Made by a program: the position numbers and the translations under genes | Shown: in pieces, positions 23,161-32,000 of the stretch | Numbering within the stretch: position 1 is the first letter of the stretch | Layout of the letters: every line of letters starts with the position of its first letter | Assembly: GCF_018398935.1 (NCBI RefSeq) | Contig: NZ_CP074694.1 | Location: forward strand, 6,090,001-6,122,000 | Source: Telmatocola sphagniphila | GTDB taxonomy: Bacteria > Planctomycetota > Planctomycetia > Gemmatales > Gemmataceae | DNA: 32,000 nucleotides | Direction: 5' to 3' | Notes under the pieces: generated by a model | Databases searched by the model: none | What the model was told of the DNA's origin: nothing | The model's input: the letters and a program-made list of their open reading frames with translations, nothing else

Positions 23161-25659
23161 TCAGACGGCCAGGTGCCGGGTGCGTTGCAGATGAATCAGG
23201 TAATGCTGGGTAATGGTATCGGATAATTTCCAGAGATCGGTTTCCAGCTTGCTCAATAATTCCGCCAGTCTGGTCCGGACTCCCTTCGAATCGACTTCCG
23301 ACAATTCGGAAATCTCCGCTAAACGCAAGGTCGTCACGCAGGAAAGCATCAACCGTTCTTCCGCGGAACGTCCCGGCGAGTTGGCCTCGCGTGGCAAGGC
23401 TTCCACATCCTCCATTAGAGATACTAATTGAAATGCCAGCGAACGAGGATTGCTTTCATCCGCTAAGAGCAAATCCAGCACAGGAGCAGCCTGCAGACTA
23501 CTGAGATACCTTCGCCGATAGGTCATCAAGCTATCGGCAATTTCCAGAACGGCTTCCAGGAGGTTCCCTTCGGCAGGACTCTGATGGATCAGCGTGCCGA
23601 ACAGGAGCCGCAGTAAGTGCAGCGAACGTTCGAGACGCCGGCCCATATCGAGGAAGCGCCAGCCTTGCGAGCGCGTCATACTTTCCATCGCCAGCCCGCC
23701 AAACGCCGCCAGAGTGCTGATATGTCGGTTGATCAAATCGAGAACTTCGCCGAGTTCGGTTTCCTCGTCGGGAAATTCGTTCAGACTGGTCAGCACCCGC
23801 CACATATCCGTGGAGACCCGATCGCGAATTGTCCCGGCCACTCGGTGAATCGAGTGGAGCAGGGAAGCGAGGCTGTCGATTTTGTTCGTGTCGAAAATCT
23901 CCCGGCGAATCTCCTTCTCGCCCCAGACAGTTGCAGGCTCAATTTTCAGGGCAATCGAAACACAAGGGATGCTGAGGACCCGGCCCAGAAATGGAACTTC
24001 GGGTGTATCCGCCGGATCGGTCTTCTCCGCCAAGCGGGTCATCAGTCCGCGCAAGAGGCGATACTTCCCATCGGCCCGCTCGGTATAGCGTCCCAGCCAG
24101 AACAAATTATCGGCGGCCCGGCTTGGAAGATCGCTACCGCCGCGAGTGAGTTCCACCGGACGAGCGGAGGAATGCAGGAGGCTGAAGTTGCTGACCGGAG
24201 CTTCGGATAAAAACCAGGTATCTTTGCTGCCACCCCCTTCCTGCATCGAAACTACCATCGAATCGGCATCGCGAGTGACGCGGGTCAAGCCCCCCGGCAT
24301 CATCGTGTAACCGTCCGCGGTATTGCACAGGTAGGTTCGCAGCACAATATGTCGTGGCTCGAGCTGATCCTGATTGAGGACGGGGGAGGTGGATAATCGC
24401 AACTGTTCCTGCGCTACATAATCCTGCGGATGTTGCCTCAAAGAGCGGATCAGAGCTTCCCGTTCGGAGGCGAGCAGGCGCTGCCCGAAGATGGGACGGC
24501 TCATTTTCTTGGGATGGACCGGCTTCAGAACCATGCTGGGCAGATGTTCCAGGACATGTTCCAGACTCTCCTTTTGGCCGCACCACCAGGCATTCACCGA
24601 GGGAAGTCGCAACTCCTCATTGAGCAGAAATCGACAGATGGCGGGTAAGAACGGCAGTAAAGCCGGAGTCTCCACCAGGCCGGAACCGAGAGCATTGGCA
24701 ATCGCGACGTTGCCTGAACGGACTACCTGTACCAGTCCCGGAATGCCCAGATAGGAATCGATGCGTAGTTCCAGCGGATCGCAGAAATCGTCATCCAGCC
24801 GCCGCAGGATCACGTCGACCGGCTGCAAGCCGCCGAGCACTTTCAGATAAACTCGATCGTCTCGGACCGTCAGGTCGTTTCCTTCCACCAGCGTGAAGCC
24901 GAGGTAGCGGGCTAGGTAGGCATGCTCGAAATAGGTTTCGTTGTGCGGCCCGGGAGTCAGTACCACGATTCGGGGATTGTCGCGATTGTGGGGGGCGAGA
25001 CTGCGTAGGGAGTCGCGAAGGCTTCGAAAGAAATGAGCCAGACGGTGAACCCGACAGTCGCGGAACGGTTCCACCAGCATGCGGGAGAGGACAATCCGGT
25101 TTTCCAGTGCATATCCCGCTCCGGAGGGGGCCTGGGTTCGATCACTCAATACGAAAAACTGACCATCGGGGCCACGACCCAGGTCGGCGGCGTAGATATG
25201 CAAGTAGTTGCCGCCCGGCACATGCAAGCCGTGGCAGGGACGCAGAAAGCCGGGATGGCCGAGAATCAACTCCGGGGGCAGTACGCCGGCGTGCAACAAC
25301 TTTTGCGGCCCGTAAAGATCGGCCAGTACCGAGTTGAGCAGTCGAGCTCTTTGAACCAATCCGTTTTCCAGAATCCGAGCTTCTTTCGCACTGATCAGAT
25401 GCGGGATGGGATCGAGCTCCCAGGGGCGATCCATGCCATTGGGATCGCCGTAGACGTTGTAGGTAACGCCGTTTTCTCGGATGATCTGCCGGGCTTCATT
25501 CCATTTACGTTTGAGTTCCGTAACTCCCAATCGATGGAAGCGCTGTTGCAGTGGATCCCAGGCCGCGCGAAAAGTTCCATCGGCCTCGATAGTTTCATCG
25601 AAGCAACCTTCGAGCGGTGCGTAGGCGAAGGAACTCATCGGTTGCATCGGAGACTGCAT
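23161..25659 (-). CDS. Fused circularly-permuted type-2 ATP-grasp + alpha-E domain protein
   Basis: 832 aa. The N-terminal ~500 aa carry ...RENGVTYNVYGDPNGMDRPWELDPIPHLISAKEARILENGLVQRARLLNSVLADLYGPQKLL..., the CP ATP-grasp family pattern. The C-terminal ~320 aa start near ADNLFWLGRYTERADG, the alpha-E hallmark. The ATG lies 8 nt after the upstream stop. Confidence 0.85.
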   Translation of the reverse strand: MQSPMQPMSSFAYAPLEGCFDETIEADGTFRAAWDPLQQRFHRLGVTELKRKWNEARQIIRENGVTYNVYGDPNGMDRPWELDPIPHLISAKEARILENGLVQRARLLNSVLADLYGPQKLLHAGVLPPELILGHPGFLRPCHGLHVPGGNYLHIYAADLGRGPDGQFFVLSDRTQAPSGAGYALENRIVLSRMLVEPFRDCRVHRLAHFFRSLRDSLRSLAPHNRDNPRIVVLTPGPHNETYFEHAYLARYLGFTLVEGNDLTVRDDRVYLKVLGGLQPVDVILRRLDDDFCDPLELRIDSYLGIPGLVQVVRSGNVAIANALGSGLVETPALLPFLPAICRFLLNEELRLPSVNAWWCGQKESLEHVLEHLPSMVLKPVHPKKMSRPIFGQRLLASEREALIRSLRQHPQDYVAQEQLRLSTSPVLNQDQLEPRHIVLRTYLCNTADGYTMMPGGLTRVTRDADSMVVSMQEGGGSKDTWFLSEAPVSNFSLLHSSARPVELTRGGSDLPSRAADNLFWLGRYTERADGKYRLLRGLMTRLAEKTDPADTPEVPFLGRVLSIPCVSIALKIEPATVWGEKEIRREIFDTNKIDSLASLLHSIHRVAGTIRDRVSTDMWRVLTSLNEFPDEETELGEVLDLINRHISTLAAFGGLAMESMTRSQGWRFLDMGRRLERSLHLLRLLFGTLIHQSPAEGNLLEAVLEIADSLMTYRRRYLSSLQAAPVLDLLLADESNPRSLAFQLVSLMEDVEALPREANSPGRSAEERLMLSCVTTLRLAEISELSEVDSKGVRTRLAELLSKLETDLWKLSDTITQHYLIHLQRTRHLAV

Positions 25660-25667
25660 GAGACTGC

Positions 25668-28600
25668 TTATTTACGGAGATCGAGTGTAAATGGCGATTC
25701 GCAGGTCTTCGTCTCAGGGGACAGGACAACCTTCCCGGCGGTATGCCCCTGAGCCAGGAATCGCGCGGCGCGCCGACCATCGGCCTCCAACGAATTTACC
25801 GGGGACGTTTCGAATGACCGGCCGCCCGGATGGCTGACGTGGTAAGTACAACCCGCGATGGCCCGATTGTTCCACGTATCGATGACATCGAAGACCAAGG
25901 GGGAATGAACGCCAATCGTCGGGTGCAGACACGAAGGCGGCTGCCAGGCTCGGTAGCGGATCCCGGCAACGTACTCGCCGTTCACCCCGGTCGGATGCAA
26001 CGGAACTGCCCGGCCATTGCAGGCGATGACATGACGGCGATCGATCAGGCCGTTCACTTTAACTTGCATCCGCTCCAAAGAAGAATCGACATAACGGGCT
26101 GTGCCCCCGGCTGAACTTTCCTCGCCCAGGACATGCCAGGGCTCAATCGCATGCCGTAATTCTAATGCAACCCCCGCACCGACGATTTCGCCCACCTGCG
26201 GAAAGCGGAATTCATAGTGTGGGTCGAACCATTCCGCCTTCAACGGCACGCCGGCATTCCGCAAGTCTTCGATCAAATCGCGAAAATCTTGTTGAACGAA
26301 ATACGGCAACATGAAGCGGTCGTGCAGTTCCGTACCCCAGCGAACCAGTTTCTGCTCGTAAGGTTTCTCCCAGAATCGAGCTACCAGGGAGCGCAATAGT
26401 AACTGCTGGACCAGACTCATGCGATAATGCGGAGGCATCTCGAAAGCCCGCAACTCCAGCAGCCCCAATCGTCCGGTGACGGAATCGGGAGAATAGAGCT
26501 TATCGATGCAGAACTCCGCCCGATGCGTATTTCCGGTAACGTCCACGAGCAGGTGACGGAAGATGCGATCGACCAGCCAGGGGGTCACGTGTGTGTTCCG
26601 CCGCACTTCGCCGAGAGCGATTTCCAGTTCGTAGAGGCTGTCGTTTCTCGCCTCATCGACACGGGGAGCCTGTGAAGTCGGGCCGACAAACATTCCCGAG
26701 AACAGATAGGAGAGCGAAGGATGATTGTGCCAGTAACTCACGAGGCTTCGGAGCAGGTGGGGCCGACGCAACAGTGGGCTATCGCTGGGCGTTGCCCCGC
26801 CGATGATGAAGTGATTGCCGCCCCCGGTGCCGGTATGCCGGCCATCCTGCATGAATTTTTCCGCACTCAAACGGCTCTGATGTGCTTCCTCATAAACCGT
26901 GTGCGTGATCGTACGCAACTCGCCCCAACTGCTGGCCGGTTGCACGTTGACTTCGATGACACCTGGATCGGGAGTGATGCTGAAGTGGCTGAGTCGGGCA
27001 TCGACCGGCGGCTTATAGCCTTCGATTTGCACCGGAATTTTGAGCTCTTCCGCCGTCCATTCAATGGCTTCGACCAGATCGAGATAGTCTTCCACGCTGC
27101 GTTGAGGCGGCATGAACACCATTAAGCGGCCTTGACGCGATTCCACACAAAGGGCGGAACGAATGATGCTCGAGTCCGATAGGGTACGAGCTCCATCGCG
27201 AAGGGGGCCACTATTCGAAATGCGACTGGCCTCCTGTCTGCGCTGCCGGGAGTCCTTGGTCGGTAGGGGAGGGCGGGGCAGGCCGGGGTCGGACTCGAAA
27301 AAGAGATCCCGATCTCCCTGCGCTTCCCACGGCAGGGAGTCCAGCGGCAGTCTATAGCCCATTGGCGAATCCCCGGGGATCAGAAACAGATGTTCCCGGC
27401 GCAGAAACCATTGGCCGCTCTTCCAGCGATCCTGGCCTTCCCATTCTTTTCGCAGGGGGAGGGCATAACCCACTGTCGAATTCAGGCCTTTTTCAAATAT
27501 CGCGGCGAGCCGTCGACGTTCTTCGGGGTCGTCGAGTTTATTCTTCAGGGGATCGACATTAATCGGTAACTGACGTTCTTTCCAGAGGTAGTACCAGGTG
27601 TCTTCGTAGCCCGGTAACGCGTGGTCCGGGTTGACGTGTAATCGATCCGCCAAGGTACGGATGAATTTACTCGATTCAACGGCGGTTACCCGATAATTGA
27701 AATTATCTTCGGCTATCAACTCGGGGTTGTGCCAGATGGGTTCCCCATCTTTTCGCCAGTAGCAACTAAAAGCCCAGCGCGGCAGCGATTCACCGGGATA
27801 CCATTTGCCTTGACCGAAATGCAGCAATCCATTTGGTGCGAATCGATCCCGGAGTCGTCGAAATAACACGCCCGCACGTTCGCGCTTGTGTTCGCCCAGT
27901 GCGGCGGTGTTCCACTCTTCGGCATCGCGATTGTCGATGGCGACGAAGGTCGGTTCGCCCCCCATCGTAAGCCGAACGTCCCCCGCATGCAGCAGTGTAT
28001 CGACCTTCTGTCCCAGCGCTTCAATCTCTTGCCATTGGGGGTCGGTATAAGGCAGCGTAACCCGGGGATCTTCGTGAATCCGGGTGACCGACATTTGGAC
28101 GTCGAAGTGAGTTTTGAGTTCATCTTCTCCTTCCCATTCCACAGCGCCGGTAATCGGGGCGGCCGACTGCGGATCGGCCGTGCAGGCCAGTGGAATGTGT
28201 CCCTCGCCACACAAAAGGCCGCTGGTCGGATCGAGGCCGATCCAGCCCGCGCCTGGAAGATAGACTTCGGCCCAGGCATGAAGATCGGTAAAGTCTTTCT
28301 CTGTTCCAGAAGGCCCATCGAGCGATTTGATATCGGCGGTTAACTGAATCAAATAGCCGGAGGCGAAACGGGCCGCCATCCCCAGACGGCGAACGACCTG
28401 CACCATCAGCCAGGCCGAATCACGGCAGGAACCGGTGGCTTTCTCCAGCGTTTCTTCGCAGCTTTGGATGCCGGGTTCGAGGCGGATGGTGTAACCGATC
28501 AGATTTTTCAGATGCTGATTGATCTCGACCAGATAGTCGATGGTCTTCGGATTGTCCCGTCTAAGTTCTTCCACGAGAGCGATCAGACGCGGTCCGGCGG

Positions 28601-28964
28601 GCAGCACTTCCAGATAAGGGATCAGTTCCTTGGCGGTGATCTCGTCGTACTCAAACGGAAATCGCTCCGCACTTGACTCGACGAAGAAATCGAAGGGATT
28701 GATCGGGTTCATCTCGGCGATCAGATCGACTTCGACGATCAACTCCCGGACGGGTTTGGGATAGACCACCCGTGCCAGGTAATTGCAATAAGGATCCTGC
28801 TGCCAGTTCAGGAAGTGGCCGTCGGGGCGGACTTTAAGCGAATAACTCAGGATGGGCGTTCGGCAATGCGGGGCTGGGCGCAGACGAATCACCTGCGGCA
28901 ACAAGGTCAGTTGCCGGTCGTAGATGTAAGAAGTTTTATGATTAAGCGCAACTCGAATAGACAT
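25668..28964 (-). CDS. Large transglutaminase-family protein (Bact_transglu_N + transglutaminase core + DUF2126-type C-terminal region)
   Basis: 1,098 aa. The N-terminus MSIRVALNHKTSYIYDRQLTLLPQVIRLRPAPHCRTPILSYSLKVRPDGHFLNWQQDPYCNYLARVVYP is the conserved opening of this family. The core GSCRDS / LHAWAEVY / WIGLDPTS is intact. Confidence 0.85.
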   Translation of the reverse strand: MSIRVALNHKTSYIYDRQLTLLPQVIRLRPAPHCRTPILSYSLKVRPDGHFLNWQQDPYCNYLARVVYPKPVRELIVEVDLIAEMNPINPFDFFVESSAERFPFEYDEITAKELIPYLEVLPAGPRLIALVEELRRDNPKTIDYLVEINQHLKNLIGYTIRLEPGIQSCEETLEKATGSCRDSAWLMVQVVRRLGMAARFASGYLIQLTADIKSLDGPSGTEKDFTDLHAWAEVYLPGAGWIGLDPTSGLLCGEGHIPLACTADPQSAAPITGAVEWEGEDELKTHFDVQMSVTRIHEDPRVTLPYTDPQWQEIEALGQKVDTLLHAGDVRLTMGGEPTFVAIDNRDAEEWNTAALGEHKRERAGVLFRRLRDRFAPNGLLHFGQGKWYPGESLPRWAFSCYWRKDGEPIWHNPELIAEDNFNYRVTAVESSKFIRTLADRLHVNPDHALPGYEDTWYYLWKERQLPINVDPLKNKLDDPEERRRLAAIFEKGLNSTVGYALPLRKEWEGQDRWKSGQWFLRREHLFLIPGDSPMGYRLPLDSLPWEAQGDRDLFFESDPGLPRPPLPTKDSRQRRQEASRISNSGPLRDGARTLSDSSIIRSALCVESRQGRLMVFMPPQRSVEDYLDLVEAIEWTAEELKIPVQIEGYKPPVDARLSHFSITPDPGVIEVNVQPASSWGELRTITHTVYEEAHQSRLSAEKFMQDGRHTGTGGGNHFIIGGATPSDSPLLRRPHLLRSLVSYWHNHPSLSYLFSGMFVGPTSQAPRVDEARNDSLYELEIALGEVRRNTHVTPWLVDRIFRHLLVDVTGNTHRAEFCIDKLYSPDSVTGRLGLLELRAFEMPPHYRMSLVQQLLLRSLVARFWEKPYEQKLVRWGTELHDRFMLPYFVQQDFRDLIEDLRNAGVPLKAEWFDPHYEFRFPQVGEIVGAGVALELRHAIEPWHVLGEESSAGGTARYVDSSLERMQVKVNGLIDRRHVIACNGRAVPLHPTGVNGEYVAGIRYRAWQPPSCLHPTIGVHSPLVFDVIDTWNNRAIAGCTYHVSHPGGRSFETSPVNSLEADGRRAARFLAQGHTAGKVVLSPETKTCESPFTLDLRK

Positions 28965-29212
28965 GCCCGATACCCGATTCAGCGAAACAAGGTCGTCGCG
29001 GAACGAGGAGAGTTTACCCGCGCTACAGCGATTGTATCAGAAACACTTGGGCAATAAGCGAACATCGGGGGGAATTGATGAAAGTAACACGTTGTACAAA
29101 TGGTACTTTCGGAAAGACCGGCCGTTCATCCTGGACCGGCTGAAATTTTACGCTTCATCTCATGTCCAGAGGCTAATTATGGACTAGCCCCCGGAAGTAG
29201 AGATTCTGAGCT

Positions 29213-31597
29213 TTACTTGGTCAGTGCAAAAGTGACTTTGTCGATTGTACCCGTAAAGGGGAAGGGAGATTTGTAATCCGGCGAGACCGGTGTAATCGAA
29301 TCTCGACCGATTTCAAAAGGCTCCAAGCCGTGACGGAATGTGGATCGTTTAATTTTGCTCTCGGCTGTCATTTTGCCATTAACAAACATCTTCATTGTAC
29401 CGCCAAGTTCCTTCGATCCCTCCGGCGTAAATTCGGTTTTCAGAACGATTTTTCCTTCGGGTATCGCATCGGAACCCGTTATGGTGATATCCGCGATTTC
29501 GAAGAAGCTGTAATGGAAGACCGGCTTACCCCCCTTGATGTAGAGCGACCAGCCGCAGGATTGTCCGCCAACACAAGCTATCACCCCTTCGGCACCTCCT
29601 TTGGGAATGGTCAATTCGGCAGTCAGTGAATGGGGTCTGGGGAAGAGCTGGGGGCCAATTGGCTCTGGCAGCCAGACATTATTACCGAAGTAGGTCCAGC
29701 TGGTTTTTGGTGGACCTGCCGCTCGCATACTGGGATCCATACGCTCGGAGAAGCGAGGATCGAGCGGAAGGACATTGTACTTCTTTATTTCAACGAGGAA
29801 TTGATCCTTCAACTCTTTGAGTTTCTCTGGCATGGCCGCCGCCAGATCCTTCGCCTGGCTGAAATCTTCCTCGATATTATAAAGTTCCCAAGGCGCATTC
29901 ACGAAGCCTTCGCCTCTCCCTGCGGTTTCCCAGGGAAGTCCGTATTGGCTGCAGGCCACCCACCCATTGTGATAGATCGCCCGATTGGTCGCGAGTTCGA
30001 AATACTGAGTCGTCCGATGGCCTTTTGCCTGAGCATCCTCGAAGGTGTAGACCATCGAGACCCCTTCAATCGGTTTTTGTTCGATGCCATTCACAAATTT
30101 CGGCTCCGGTATTTTGCAGGCTTCCAGAATAGTGGGCACGACATCGATGACATGATGGAACTGCGTGCGGGTTTCTCCCTTGGCTTTAATACCTTTTTGC
30201 CAGCTCACCACCATCGGATTTCGCGTTCCACCAAAGTGGGAAGCTACCTGTTTAGTCCACTTGAACGGAGCATTCATTGCCCAGGCCCAACCGACCGGAA
30301 CGTGAGGCTCACTTAAAGGGCCGCCAATCTCATCGAGTTTCTTAATCAGACTCGGCAATCCCAATTGAATTCCCATTAAGCTGGCGATTTCGCTGAAGGT
30401 TCCTTCGAGACCACCTTCGGCACTCGCGCCGTTGTCGCCGACGATGTACATGACCAGAGTATTTTCCAGTTCGCCGGATGCTTCCAGGCTATCCAACAGA
30501 CGACCGACCTGAAAATCGGTGAAGGCCATGTAGGCGGCATAGTTTTCCATGAGCCTCGTGTAAACCTTCTTGGCATCCGCGGGTTGTTCTTCCCAGGATG
30601 GTATGCTCTTGTGTCGAGGCGTGAGCAAAGTTCCCTTCGGGATAATGCCCATTTCCAACTGCTTGGCATGGATCAATTCGCGCTGTTTGTCCCAACCGTA
30701 ATCGAACTTGCCGACGAATTTATCCCGCCATTCTTTCGGTGCATGGTGAGGAGCATGAACGCCGGAAGTGCTGAAGTAGTTGAACCAGGGTTTGTCGGGA
30801 TCGGCGGCTCGAACATTGCGAATCCAGCCGATCGCTTCATCGGTCATATCAATGCTGAAGTGGTAACCCTGTTCCGGAGACTTCGGCTGGGGAACCCAGG
30901 TCGTGTTGCGATAAATCGTGGGATAATACTGGTGAGTTTCCCCTTGATTGAAGCCGTAGAAATAATCGAAACCCAAACCGGTGGGCCAGCGGTCGAATGG
31001 TCCCGCAGGGCTGATATCTGGCTCGGGTGTGTTATGCCATTTGCCGAACATACCCGTGGCATAGCCATTGTCTCGAAGTACCTGCGAAACCAGAGCGGTG
31101 CTCTTGGGCAGAATCCCCGTATAGCCGGGATATCCCGTTCCCATTTCAATGATCACGCCCGTGCCGCAGCTATGGTGATTTCGGCCGGCCAGCAAGGCGG
31201 CTCGAGTCGGACTGCAGAGTGCCGTGGTATGGAAGCGAGTGTATTTCAAGCCATTGTTCGCGAGTTTTTCCATAGCGGGAGTAGGGACGGGGCCACCGAA
31301 AGTGGAGCACATACCGAAACCGACGTCATCGAGCAGGATCAGCAAAACGTTGGGTGCACCCTTGGGGGCTTTCAGTGGTAGTGGAAAACTCGGCGTGGAA
31401 TCTTTGTAAGTCTCACCAATCTTCCCCTGAAAGGCCGGGTCTGGTTTCGGCAATTGCTTTCCATCGGATTGCTCCGAAGTGAAGGAGTTATTTTCATTGG
31501 CGAAGAGTTCACTCCATCGCCCCGTTGCGATGAACCATCCGAAAAAAAACGCCAGTGCCGATATGGCCACCATTGGAAGAAGTAATCTTCGATGCAT
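29213..31597 (-). CDS. Type-I (formylglycine-dependent) arylsulfatase
   Basis: 794 aa. N-terminal signal/anchor MHRRLLLPMVAISALAFFFGWFIA. NVLLILLDDVGFG and the FGly motif LCSPTRAALLAGR (CxPxR) are both present. GAGGA lies 8 nt upstream of the ATG. Confidence 0.9.
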   Translation of the reverse strand: MHRRLLLPMVAISALAFFFGWFIATGRWSELFANENNSFTSEQSDGKQLPKPDPAFQGKIGETYKDSTPSFPLPLKAPKGAPNVLLILLDDVGFGMCSTFGGPVPTPAMEKLANNGLKYTRFHTTALCSPTRAALLAGRNHHSCGTGVIIEMGTGYPGYTGILPKSTALVSQVLRDNGYATGMFGKWHNTPEPDISPAGPFDRWPTGLGFDYFYGFNQGETHQYYPTIYRNTTWVPQPKSPEQGYHFSIDMTDEAIGWIRNVRAADPDKPWFNYFSTSGVHAPHHAPKEWRDKFVGKFDYGWDKQRELIHAKQLEMGIIPKGTLLTPRHKSIPSWEEQPADAKKVYTRLMENYAAYMAFTDFQVGRLLDSLEASGELENTLVMYIVGDNGASAEGGLEGTFSEIASLMGIQLGLPSLIKKLDEIGGPLSEPHVPVGWAWAMNAPFKWTKQVASHFGGTRNPMVVSWQKGIKAKGETRTQFHHVIDVVPTILEACKIPEPKFVNGIEQKPIEGVSMVYTFEDAQAKGHRTTQYFELATNRAIYHNGWVACSQYGLPWETAGRGEGFVNAPWELYNIEEDFSQAKDLAAAMPEKLKELKDQFLVEIKKYNVLPLDPRFSERMDPSMRAAGPPKTSWTYFGNNVWLPEPIGPQLFPRPHSLTAELTIPKGGAEGVIACVGGQSCGWSLYIKGGKPVFHYSFFEIADITITGSDAIPEGKIVLKTEFTPEGSKELGGTMKMFVNGKMTAESKIKRSTFRHGLEPFEIGRDSITPVSPDYKSPFPFTGTIDKVTFALTK

Positions 31598-31830
31598 GGT
31601 ACGGTCCTCAATGTTTCGTTAACTGCGAATCACGACTTTACGGGGACAATGCGAGGACAACGTAACATAACAAATAAGTAAAAACACTCACTTTCGAGCA
31701 AGATTGCGAAATCCGTGAAATTGAGGATCTGGCATGGAATTATTGCGAATTTTGTATGAAGTGGCGAAGAAAGTCTGGCGAGATATTGAGAAATGCACGT
31801 TCAAGAAAGGACAGTTTACCGAAGCGAATT

Positions 31831-31872
31831 AACGAAAAGATCCAGCCCCCATCGATCGAAGGAAGCTGGATC
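31831..31872 (-). terminator. Rho-independent terminator after the truncated right-edge gene
   Basis: On the - strand, GAUCCAGCUUCC / GGGGGCUGGAUC form a 12-bp stem with two G-U pairs (complement of 31839-31872), loop UUCGAUCGAU. CUUUUCGUU follows. Pairing is worse in the + orientation (C-A mismatches). Confidence 0.45.
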
Positions 31873-31892
31873 CAGATAAAATTCGCTGGGTA

Positions 31893-32000
31893 TTATTCCT
31901 GGTCGTCCCAAATCGGATCGTCGTAACCCTTCTGGGTTCCCTGCATCAATTTTCGCATCTTGCGCTCCTCGGCCAACTCGTCGACTCCATTACCGCTCCG
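31893..32000 (-). CDS. C-terminal 35 codons of an unidentified protein (gene starts beyond the window end)
   Basis: The reverse-strand frame is open from the window edge to TAA (complement of 31893-31895): ...RSGNGVDELAEERKMRKLMQGTQKGYDDPIWDDQE*. A terminator hairpin follows. It is too short to identify. Confidence 0.4.
   Translation of the reverse strand, partial: RSGNGVDELAEERKMRKLMQGTQKGYDDPIWDDQE

Noticed and set aside
25033-31381. Long + strand ORFs (25033-25752, 27888-28343, 29630-30316, 30584-31381) opposite the ATP-grasp, DUF2126 and sulfatase genes.
   Set aside because: These are shadow ORFs. The - strand frames carry unambiguous family motifs (CP ATP-grasp, transglutaminase triad, CSPTR).
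1-32000. Search for tRNA/rRNA genes, CRISPR repeats, IS elements, integrases, phage genes, toxin-antitoxin pairs or other defence-island hallmarks.
   Set aside because: I saw none of the following: T-loop/acceptor-like structures in the intergenic gaps, regularly spaced direct repeats, terminal inverted repeats, or transposase/recombinase motifs. The window reads as core or accessory chromosome rather than a mobile or defence island.

Overview
Gene-dense chromosomal window, roughly 90% coding and mid-50s %GC by eye, with one AT-rich 0.8-kb gap at 882-1711. The gene content looks Planctomycetota-like (giant WD40 protein, type-I arylsulfatase, HTTM membrane protein, proline-rich exported proteins, stand-alone CsrA), but that taxonomic guess is inference only. 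I call 19 protein-coding genes, two of them cut by the window edges. I found no rRNA, tRNA, CRISPR array, transposase or integrase. The window divides into six blocks. (i) 1712-6634(+): a 1,640-aa ParA/MinD-type ATPase fused to three seven-bladed WD40 propellers. (ii) 9177->6750(-): phosphohexomutase, O-methyltransferase and a small membrane-anchored Cys-rich protein. (iii) 9285-10916(+): an HTTM (gamma-carboxylase-like) membrane protein converging on a stand-alone APS kinase, cysC. (iv) 20963->11646(-): csrA, then a polysaccharide module, then a separately promoted and terminated pair of Pro-rich exported proteins carrying [DE]LPKLP repeats. The module comprises a WecA/MraY-family initiating transferase with a C-terminal extension, a Wzc-like BY-kinase with a (GY)n tail, and a PHP-type Tyr phosphatase. 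(v) 28964->22282(-): a tight three-gene operon of a DUF2126-type large transglutaminase, a fused circularly-permuted ATP-grasp + alpha-E protein, and a small transglutaminase. (vi) 31597->29213(-): an arylsulfatase. The best candidates for something not yet described are the ParA-WD40 fusion, the uncharacterised transglutaminase/ATP-grasp operon, and the exported Pro-rich pair next to the tyrosine-kinase module. No classical defence or mobile island is visible. All functional calls rest on motif recognition by eye, since no database search was possible.
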